NCBI GenBank assembly: GCA_964484885.1
Contig: CAZAFQ010000001.1
Coordinates: forward strand, 1 to 37,982
Source of the DNA: an uncultured Candidatus Saccharibacteria bacterium
Lineage (GTDB): Bacteria > Patescibacteriota > CPR2 > UBA1875 > CAZAFQ01
Direction: 5' to 3'
Length of the DNA stretch: 37,982 bases
Shown here: piece after piece, positions 25,453-32,631 of the stretch
How positions within the stretch are numbered: position 1 is the first letter of the stretch
How the letters are laid out: each line of letters begins with the position of its first letter
Position numbers and translations under genes: made by a program
The notes under the pieces: model-generated
The model's database searches: none
What the model saw: only the letters and a program-made list of their open reading frames with translations
Told to the model about the DNA's origin: nothing

Positions 25453-26574
25453 ATGAATATAAAAAATCTTTCACTATCTTTAGTAGCTACAGCCCCAACT
25501 CCAGCAACAACTGGGACAAGTTTGGTTCTAGAATCAGGCACAGGAAGCAGATTTCCTAATACTGATGATGAGAGTTTTTACGTTACTGCCATGCCTCCAG
25601 GCGAAAATCCACATATAGAAAATAGTGAAATATTAAAGGTAATAGACATCACAGGCGATACCATCACAATGGTTAGAGAACAAAGAGGTTCAACCGCTAA
25701 ATCAATAGGGGTTGGGTGGATAATAGTGAATGGAGTCTATGCTGAGGATGTTTCCGGCATTTTAGAAGCCCTAGACGCATTAAACATAGAAGGTGACCCT
25801 GACAACAAAGTCACTACAACCCTTAATGAAAACGACTTCGCTTCTGACTCTGCAACCGCTCTAGCCACACAAAAAAGTATTAGGTCTTATGTAGATAATG
25901 TAGCTGAAACTTTATCCAGTGCTGACGGCTGGATAAGTGCCAATGAGAACTGGACTTACTCTAGTGCAACTGAAATAACTGTTCCTTCTGGGGCGACTAG
26001 TAAATACCAAAAAGGCGACAAGATTAAATTAACGCAAGGCACGGTCAAATACTTTTATATTATCAAGGTCGAGGATACCACCTTAACCATCACAGCAGGT
26101 AGTGATTACACTTTAGTAAACTCAGCAATTACAGAAAATTACTACTCTAAAGTAGAAAATCCACAGGGGTTTCCAGGATATTTTTATTACAATGTACAGT
26201 GGAAAGGTTCAACCACAAACCCGACAATAGGCAATGGTGTTTTAATCGGCAAGTTCAAAATAAGTGGAAGTTTTATCTCTATAACAATATATTTAAGGAC
26301 AGGTTCAACCACAACCTATGGGAAAGGGTATTATGGTTTGACTTATCCTGGACAATGGGCAAAACCACCAAGTGAAGAGGATTATGCAGGAGCAACCCAT
26401 TGGTTAACAGGATTTGGACACATAAATGGCAAGTGCTATTTTTTAGGACAAGCAGGAGCTGAAAGACTTAGATGTTCTGGGACTAAAGAAGGAACTTGTA
26501 CCCCAACTTATCCAGAAACTTGGAAATCTGGGGACATATTATCACTAACTAGTACAACAGAATTTCGTGGTTAA
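25453..26574 (+). CDS. tail fibre / receptor-binding protein
   Basis: The N-terminus (ESGTGSRFP...FYVTA...SEILKVIDITGDTITMVREQRGSTA) resembles a conserved fibre N-terminal domain. Confidence 0.65.
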   Translation: MNIKNLSLSLVATAPTPATTGTSLVLESGTGSRFPNTDDESFYVTAMPPGENPHIENSEILKVIDITGDTITMVREQRGSTAKSIGVGWIIVNGVYAEDVSGILEALDALNIEGDPDNKVTTTLNENDFASDSATALATQKSIRSYVDNVAETLSSADGWISANENWTYSSATEITVPSGATSKYQKGDKIKLTQGTVKYFYIIKVEDTTLTITAGSDYTLVNSAITENYYSKVENPQGFPGYFYYNVQWKGSTTNPTIGNGVLIGKFKISGSFISITIYLRTGSTTTYGKGYYGLTYPGQWAKPPSEEDYAGATHWLTGFGHINGKCYFLGQAGAERLRCSGTKEGTCTPTYPETWKSGDILSLTSTTEFRG

Positions 26575-26605
26575 ATGACTAACTTAATAAAAAAAAATCT
26601 AGCTT

Positions 26606-26932
26606 ATGGATAACATTCTTGAAAAACTGCAAGGTTTTTTTAACCTTCTTAACTCAGCCAAAACAACTTTATTCACAATCGGGGTGGTTATTGTGGCTTT
26701 ACTTAATATTTGGCTTAGCCATCAACTTGTTCCTGTTGTGGATAGCGTCAAAACTAATTCAAGAGATATCCAGATAGTAAAGGCGGAAGTAGAGCTGGTT
26801 AAGAAAGATTGCACCAACTTACCTCACGAGGTAGAATTGAGGTTAGACGCTAGATTAAAAAAAATAGAGAGTGATGTTGAGCGGTTGGATGATAGGAACT
26901 TGGAAATCTATAAAATACTAATCAATAGATGA
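26606..26932 (+). CDS. membrane-anchored coiled-coil protein (holin-like or lysis accessory)
   Basis: One TM segment (TLFTIGVVIVALLNIWL) followed by a coiled coil. ATGA-coupled to the endolysin. Confidence 0.5.
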   Translation: MDNILEKLQGFFNLLNSAKTTLFTIGVVIVALLNIWLSHQLVPVVDSVKTNSRDIQIVKAEVELVKKDCTNLPHEVELRLDARLKKIESDVERLDDRNLEIYKILINR

Positions 26933-27984
26933 CGATAGACGAATGGGTTAAAAAATACGAAGGAAAAAGTGTGGGTTATCCAGAAGGTAGTTATGTTGGG
27001 CAATGTTTGAGTTTGGCAAAATGGTTTATTAAAGATATTTACAAGATTAACCCACCAGCAAGTGGCTGTAATGGGGCTAGATGTTACTGGTCGATATTTC
27101 CTAGTCCTTTAGGCACAGTCTTAAAGAAAGTGCCAAATACCCCTACTCTAGTGCCTCAGAAGGGCTGGATTGCAGTCTGGAATGAGAAGGTTGGTGATGG
27201 CTATGGACACATCTCGGTTGTCCTGTCGGCAAATGTGAACACTTTTGTGTCACTAGACCAAAACTGGTACTCTAAACTCGCTACCAAAGTTACACATAAT
27301 TATACTAACGTCTATGGCTTTTTAGCCCCTTTAGAAACTACTAATAACAATATGCAAGAACTACTTAACAAATACTCTGTCAAAACAATAGAGGAGTTAG
27401 ATAAGAAAATATTTGAACATCTTGGCTTGGACTGGGGCAATGCCGAGAATGCTAATAATAAATCTCACCTTGCCTCAGATAGGCGAAAGATAATAAAGCT
27501 AGAAAATGAGGCAATCGCTCGTGAGAACAAGATAACCAACCTAGAGGGTCAAGTGGCAGTCTTAAAAATGGAAAAGGCAAAGGTCACTCAAGATTTAAAG
27601 GACGCTAATGCCAGACGAGTTTTAGTAGAGGGTGAACTAAAAGAGGCACAAGACGAGATTAAAAGACTAAACGAGTTAATCAAGAGTGATACTAAGACTT
27701 TAGAAAAGATAATTGCTGAGAGAGAAAAGCAAATCAGCGAGTTAGAAGGTGAGGTTAAACGGTTGGAGAACACAAAGATTAACCAGTCTGAGCTGGTCTC
27801 TAAATTCTTAGAGCAGGTTATTCAAGGATTGGGTAACTATGGTGGTGAAAAAACCCTAGAGGGTGTCTTAAACTCAATCTCACAGCGAGAGGCTCAAAGA
27901 GAGGAGCTTAAAAAAAGGGTGGCAGAGCTTGAGGCTAACCCTCTAATAAAAATTTTTCAAGCATTAAAGGATTTAATCAGATGA
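26929..27984 (+). CDS. CHAP-domain endolysin with long C-terminal coiled coil
   Basis: YVGQCLSLAKWF (catalytic Cys) and GYGHISVV (His). The C-terminal ~200 aa are heptad-rich and K/E-rich. Confidence 0.8.
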   Translation: MTIDEWVKKYEGKSVGYPEGSYVGQCLSLAKWFIKDIYKINPPASGCNGARCYWSIFPSPLGTVLKKVPNTPTLVPQKGWIAVWNEKVGDGYGHISVVLSANVNTFVSLDQNWYSKLATKVTHNYTNVYGFLAPLETTNNNMQELLNKYSVKTIEELDKKIFEHLGLDWGNAENANNKSHLASDRRKIIKLENEAIARENKITNLEGQVAVLKMEKAKVTQDLKDANARRVLVEGELKEAQDEIKRLNELIKSDTKTLEKIIAEREKQISELEGEVKRLENTKINQSELVSKFLEQVIQGLGNYGGEKTLEGVLNSISQREAQREELKKRVAELEANPLIKIFQALKDLIR

Positions 27985-28220
27985 TAGAACTAGAACAGTT
28001 TGCACTAGCTTCTTTTATGCTAATAGGGCTAGTTAATGGCTTTCAGTTAGCACTAAACAAGGAGTTTAAATCATTTGCCCTGTTTGCCCTAGCTGTAACA
28101 GCAGGAGGCGTTTTTGGGCTTCTTAACTGGTTCTCATTACCTAGTTTAGAAATAGGACTAGCTGTTGGTTTATCAAGTTCAGGAATTTACAAGACAGCAA
28201 AGAAAATATCAGGATATTAG
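27981..28220 (+). CDS. holin-like small membrane protein, 79 aa
   Basis: Two to three hydrophobic segments. ATGA-coupled to the endolysin. Confidence 0.65.
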   Translation: MIELEQFALASFMLIGLVNGFQLALNKEFKSFALFALAVTAGGVFGLLNWFSLPSLEIGLAVGLSSSGIYKTAKKISGY

Positions 28221-28373
28221 GTTTAAGAAGGTTTTTAGTTTTAAATTAGACTGATACACGAATTAGAGTATAGATAGGTCTGCTGAATTTTTTACTATTA
28301 AATACTGCTAGATATAGACCTTCACAAACTACCACTAGGTTAAAGACGAGGCGGTTTCTTTGACCTAGAACTT

Positions 28374-28793
28374 ATGAAAGAAAGATATTTAGTTAAATGT
28401 AGAAAATGTAAGTGGTGGTTTTATACATACGACCATGACACAAAATGGCACAGTAAATGTAAACCAGTTAAAAAAGAAAGGCAAAAACTACCAAAAGGAT
28501 ATGCACACAAAAGACACTCGGTTTTAATAAGAGATAAAAATATTTGCCAAGAATGTGGAACAAAAGTAGTAGAAAGAATAACCCACGTTCATCATATTGA
28601 TAGAGATTATAAAAACGATAGCTTAACAAATTTAGTTACATTATGCGCAAGCTGTCATAAAATGGTTGAGAATAATGACGATTACACAAAGTTAAGTGAT
28701 TTTAAACTGCAACCTGATGAGAGTTTTAAAGATATACCTAAACCTAAAGAAAGAAAGCCAGTAAAAAAACATTTATTTACTAATATAAAATAA
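28374..28793 (+). CDS. HNH endonuclease
   Basis: CQECG...HVHHIDRDYKNDSLTNLVTLCASCHKMVE is a classic H-N-H motif with zinc Cys pairs. Confidence 0.85.
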   Translation: MKERYLVKCRKCKWWFYTYDHDTKWHSKCKPVKKERQKLPKGYAHKRHSVLIRDKNICQECGTKVVERITHVHHIDRDYKNDSLTNLVTLCASCHKMVENNDDYTKLSDFKLQPDESFKDIPKPKERKPVKKHLFTNIK

Positions 28794-28932
28794 TTACTCT
28801 TATGTTCTTAATACAGGTAGAACTTTAGACTTTACTGCCTCTGAGGCAGGTGATGTAGAGGGTGTTTTCACAGAGCTGAGGGTAACCAATCCTGTTGCTG
28901 ACCAATCAGTAACCTGCACCCTGCAAGAAAAC

Positions 28933-31161
28933 GTGGCTTCTGTTTGGACTGATAGAGTTTCCAAAACCTTAACCTATGAGGAGATAGCTGGTGATTATGC
29001 ACCCATTTTACTAGGCAAGGCAGTGAGTGCTATGTGGGTTTATTTTGAGTTTGATAGCCTGTTTTCAATTACTACTGACCCCTCTAAGTATCGAGTTAAA
29101 TTTCTCTCAACAGACAATGGAGCTTATATAGCTCGTGCCACGTCAACTCCTAGTAATGTGTTTGCAGTAGTAACCACCCTGCCAACCTTTTTCTCTACCA
29201 ATGATGATATTGTCCTTAATAATAAAATAACCTTTAGGGTTGACCAAGATATTGAGTGTGCAGGTTTTTATCTAGGCAATGATAGTTCGCTAAAGTGGGA
29301 GGAAAATCCTGTCTCATCTTACAGTTTAAAGATAACCGACTTATGGATGGGCTGTAACACAGAGTTTAATATCGGTTCAGAGGATAACCCCATTCCTTAT
29401 GAAAAACAAGCAGAGTTCCAAGTTACTACTCTAAGAGCGCCTTTAGTTTGGGCTGGTGATGTGCCTTACAGAATTAAGATATATGGCGAGAAGCCAGAAG
29501 GAATTAAAACCACCTCTACTACTACATCAAACACAGCAACAGTCAACCTCGCTACTCAAGATGACATGAGTGATATTTGGCAAGTGGGTGATAACATCAT
29601 CTGCCACTCAGGCTTGAACTCAACCTCTCGCACTATTACGTATATCTCGGGCAAAGATATATCTATCAACGGCACTGCCTATCCAAGTAAAGATTATCCT
29701 ATTTTAAACGCAACTGTTTGGGAGAAATGCGGAGTAAAAGGAGCAATGGTAATCTCTCGCATTGCTGGCAACCCACATGAGATTTGTTTTTCAGGAGTAT
29801 TCTTAAATGGAGGTCTTCTAAATATTCAACTAGCCTATAACGCTTCACAACAGCAAGTTACTAGTGCCTCGATTGAAAAGATTAAGCCTGTTTTATTAGA
29901 GTATATTACAGGTGGAGGGCTAACGCTTGACTCTACCAATGTTATCTCTGGTAATGCTGACATTCAAGAAAGATACTCAGGCTCTATCATTAGGCATTAC
30001 TACGCCCATAAATCAAGCTCACAAAATTTTACAATAGTAAGTAGGGTAAAATACATCTTATCCGATATTTACACAGGCGGTTACTTAAACAAGGCAAACA
30101 TCCAACTATCCAACAGCACAATAACTGATATGAGTGTTTCTTTAGACGCTTGGCAGGGAAATGTTTGGACTTATTACAGCGTTAGGCTAGACGGCTCTAA
30201 TATTATGATTAACAACTTTAAGGCTAACAACGTCTGCGTGGCACTAAGCGGAGTAAACATCACCTTTAATAATAGTAAGTTCAACAACATGAGAGGGAAT
30301 GCTAGAGCTATTACTGCTGTTGGGGCTTTAACCAATCTTGTGTGCAAAGACTGCGAGTTTGGTCAAATAGTGCCTAATGGAGCTTCTTTTGAAACTTTAC
30401 CTGATAACTATATTGAGGCTAAGTTTGAAAACTGTCTACTAGATACAGAGGTTGTTGCAGACCAAACACAGCTTTTGCAAGGCAGTAGGGTTTTGTTTCC
30501 TTTTTACAATCAAGAGAGTAAAAGTAACTATGCTTATTTTAAGACAGGTACAATCACTACTACTGGTGATGGGCTAACCGATACCACTACTAGAACACCA
30601 GGAGCAGGCAAGTTTGCAATGAGATTTGAGCCAGTCAGTAAAGAGCTGTTTGAGTTTTCATCAACCATTCCTACTGGAAACATTAAAAACAAAACAATGA
30701 CTGTGGCGGTTTGGTGCAAGATAAACTCCGACCTTTTCTATCAAGATGAGTACCAGTTACCCAGGCTTGCAGTTAAGTTTGACAACCAGACAGTAGTTTC
30801 TAAAGAGGCAAAAAAAACTACCTCTTGGCAACTTATACCTGTTAGTTTCACTCCCTTAACCGAGTATGGACAAGTAGAGGTTACCTTTTCTGCTGAGACT
30901 GACAAAACAGGCTCTGACGCTTATGTTTACTTTGATGACTTCTCAACACTTTTTCCAGGTGGCTATCAGCTAGACACACAAGGATTTGATTTGTGGGCTA
31001 ATGCTCTACCTGTTGCTCCTTACTTGTCTACCAACCTATCAGCTAAAGATGTCTGGACTGCTCTTGAAACCGATGACTATGGGGAAAACAGTATGGGAGA
31101 GAGAGTGAAAAAGGGAGCTAAGATTAAATACATTGCAGATGGTATACCTTTATACGAATGA
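28933..31161 (+). CDS. large beta-helix-like protein with C-terminal jelly-roll/CBM-like region (second receptor-binding or depolymerase candidate)
   Basis: Repetitive N/S/T/G-rich beta-strand-like segments (NISLSNSTITDM..., VNITFNNSKFNNM...). The earliest canonical start is GTG 28933, with no SD. The frame is open back to 28789. Confidence 0.65.
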   Translation: MASVWTDRVSKTLTYEEIAGDYAPILLGKAVSAMWVYFEFDSLFSITTDPSKYRVKFLSTDNGAYIARATSTPSNVFAVVTTLPTFFSTNDDIVLNNKITFRVDQDIECAGFYLGNDSSLKWEENPVSSYSLKITDLWMGCNTEFNIGSEDNPIPYEKQAEFQVTTLRAPLVWAGDVPYRIKIYGEKPEGIKTTSTTTSNTATVNLATQDDMSDIWQVGDNIICHSGLNSTSRTITYISGKDISINGTAYPSKDYPILNATVWEKCGVKGAMVISRIAGNPHEICFSGVFLNGGLLNIQLAYNASQQQVTSASIEKIKPVLLEYITGGGLTLDSTNVISGNADIQERYSGSIIRHYYAHKSSSQNFTIVSRVKYILSDIYTGGYLNKANIQLSNSTITDMSVSLDAWQGNVWTYYSVRLDGSNIMINNFKANNVCVALSGVNITFNNSKFNNMRGNARAITAVGALTNLVCKDCEFGQIVPNGASFETLPDNYIEAKFENCLLDTEVVADQTQLLQGSRVLFPFYNQESKSNYAYFKTGTITTTGDGLTDTTTRTPGAGKFAMRFEPVSKELFEFSSTIPTGNIKNKTMTVAVWCKINSDLFYQDEYQLPRLAVKFDNQTVVSKEAKKTTSWQLIPVSFTPLTEYGQVEVTFSAETDKTGSDAYVYFDDFSTLFPGGYQLDTQGFDLWANALPVAPYLSTNLSAKDVWTALETDDYGENSMGERVKKGAKIKYIADGIPLYE

Positions 31162-31403
31162 GTTTTATAGAAAACAAAAGACGAGTTAGAGAGATTTACG
31201 GCATTGCCGAGAACGATAAAAGGTACTCTATTCATCACATCTGTTTTAGAAGCGACTTTAAGGGAGCTGAGAGAAAAAACATGCACAACAAGGAAAACCT
31301 GATACCTTTAAAAAAAGAAGACCACAGATTACTGCACCAGCGGATACAAGAGCTAGAAAACGAGATAAAAGCAACAAAGAAAATCAAAAGAAAGAAACGC
31401 TGA
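31158..31403 (+). CDS. miniature HNH-family protein, 81 aa
   Basis: YSIHHICFRSD...NKENLIPLKKEDHRLLH (H-N-H spacing). ATGA coupling. Confidence 0.6.
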   Translation: MSFIENKRRVREIYGIAENDKRYSIHHICFRSDFKGAERKNMHNKENLIPLKKEDHRLLHQRIQELENEIKATKKIKRKKR

Positions 31404-31432
31404 CTTTAACCATATTAAATCCTGGTGAGGAT

Positions 31433-31465
31433 ACAGGCTAGGGGTTGTCCTCTAGCCTGTTTTTA
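31433..31465 (+). terminator. rho-independent terminator (1 of 3 in tandem)
   Basis: ACAGGCTAG/CTAGCCTGT stem extendable to ~13 bp, then TTTT. Confidence 0.7.
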
Positions 31466-31513
31466 TGTTAGGATAAAATTTAACCCCCCTCATACCTATA
31501 CGGTTTGAGGAAG

Positions 31514-31547
31514 AAAGGCACTATTCCTGCTAAATCATAGTGCTTTT
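31514..31547 (+). terminator. terminator-like hairpin (2 of 3)
   Basis: GCACTAT/ATAGTGC stem flanked by an A tract and TTTT. Confidence 0.5.
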
Positions 31548-31553
31548 AGATTA

Positions 31554-31590
31554 GCCAGGTTGTTGGGCAGGCAACCTGGCTTTTTTTTTC
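31554..31590 (+). terminator. strong rho-independent terminator (3 of 3)
   Basis: GCCAGGTT/AACCTGGC stem. The loop contains TGGGCAGG. Followed by T9. Confidence 0.85.
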
Positions 31591-31630
31591 ATTATTGACA
31601 GTTTGTTTGAAATCGTATATAAACAATATT

Positions 31631-31761
31631 GTCCATCTTAAAGGTGGCGTTCCTACGGCAAGCAGGGACAAAAATAAGAAAGAGAAGACCGTTACTCTCT
31701 GGTAAGTTAAAGACTTGCCGAAATCTCTTTCTTAGACTTGCCAGAGATTAGCGGTTTTTTT
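31631..31761 (+). ncRNA. candidate small RNA ending in a long imperfect hairpin terminator
   Basis: TTGACA at 31596-31601 with TATAAA at 31617-31622 (15-nt spacer, suboptimal). A 15-position stem pairs 31688-31702 with 31741-55 (13 WC, 1 GU, 1 mismatch), followed by T6. No ORF. Confidence 0.35.
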
Positions 31762-31800
31762 ATGATACACTTTCCACCACTACAAGCAGAAGATATAAAC

Positions 31801-31835
31801 AAACCGATTGTCTGGGCAGGGCAGTCGGTTTTTTT
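31801..31835 (+). terminator. rho-independent terminator with TGGGCAGG loop
   Basis: ACCGATTG/CAGTCGGT stem (1 GU), loop tcTGGGCAGGg, then T7. Confidence 0.7.
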
Positions 31836-31963
31836 GTGTTTTTTTATACCGACTGGAAGCCTAAGTCGCCTGAAACGTCGGTTCACAGAAAAGTGGGCGA
31901 ACTAATAGCCGATAGCGTTTATGCGGAAATTAGTGTTAGCACAAAGAAAGGTGATGACCCTTC

Positions 31964-32060
31964 AAGAGGTTGGAGGACACCTTCCCCGATACTGAAAAAT
32001 AGTATCGGTGCTTAGACCGCCTAGAGTAATGTCTAGCGAGATGCGTAAGTAACCTCTTTT
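31964..32060 (+). ncRNA. candidate structured RNA element (four helices closed by an 8-bp stem plus U tract)
   Basis: P1 pairs 31964-71 with 32051-58 (8 perfect bp). P2 is GGAGG-acac-CTTCC. P3 is CCGATACT-gaaaaat-AGTATCGG. P4 pairs 32011-14 with 32046-49 and 32018-25 with 32032-38. All pairs were checked by hand. Confidence 0.35.
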
Positions 32061-32325
32061 ATATTATTAAGGTGCTGGGAAGCACTTTAGCCTCCTGCGT
32101 TTGTCGGAAATATCTTGCTTGTAAACTACCACTTAATTTATTAAACCCATGACCATTAAAAAAAACTTGATCAATTAAGAGATCAATGGACTAAGTTTCC
32201 AGAAAAGCGTAAAATAATCGAGCTTCAAGCTCTTATTGTAAAAAAAGGCATCGAGTACTCTAAAGAAGATCTACAACTCCAGAAAGATGTTGTTTCTGAT
32301 CTACTAAGATGGTAAAATTATTCTA

Positions 32326-32365
32326 ACCGCAGGAAGCTTCGCATAAGTCGCCTGCGGTATTTTTA
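32326..32365 (+). terminator. rho-independent terminator just upstream of the early promoter
   Basis: ACCGCAGG/CCTGCGGT stem, 17-nt loop, then aTTTTTaTT. Confidence 0.65.
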
Positions 32366-32372
32366 TTCGTGC

Positions 32373-32401
32373 TTGACAACGTCATCTTTTAGTGCTATAC
32401 T
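32373..32401 (+). promoter_or_regulatory. sigma70-type early promoter (TTGACA-17 nt-TATACT)
   Basis: Exact consensus -35, 17-nt spacer, TATACT. Same gtGCTTGACA context as the promoter at 800. Confidence 0.7.
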
Positions 32402-32427
32402 ATTTATATAAATAAAGGAAAGGACTT

Positions 32428-32631
32428 ATGCAAAAACTCACTCTAAAAGATTTTTTATTTTCAGAAGTAGACCATTGTTATTATTCTGGGGATTTTATGC
32501 TTGCCCCAACATTTGGAGGATTTGCTGTATTTATAAATGGTGAGCAATATGGAACAAAACCATTCCCTCATAAAGAAGCACTAGAATTAATTAATGAATT
32601 AAGAGAGACCAATAAGGAGGAAAGACAATGA
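32428..32631 (+). CDS. hypothetical early protein, 67 aa
   Basis: SD AAAGGAAAGGA. It is the first gene after the promoter. Confidence 0.7.
   Translation: MQKLTLKDFLFSEVDHCYYSGDFMLAPTFGGFAVFINGEQYGTKPFPHKEALELINELRETNKEERQ

Noticed and set aside
31964-32060. Cloverleaf-like element as a tRNA.
   Set aside because: The arms are 8/5/8/7+4 bp rather than 7/4/5/5. There is no GTTCRA T-loop, no 7-nt anticodon loop flanked by U and purine in the right arm, and no CCA-compatible 3' end. I found no other tRNA-like T-arm in the window.
32167-32302. Cluster of four GATC sites (including the palindrome TTGATCAA) as a methylation-controlled origin.
   Set aside because: The expected density is about 1 per 300 nt at this composition. 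Four sites in 135 nt is only mildly unusual once the ~280 possible windows are considered. The specificity of the encoded methyltransferase is also unknown.
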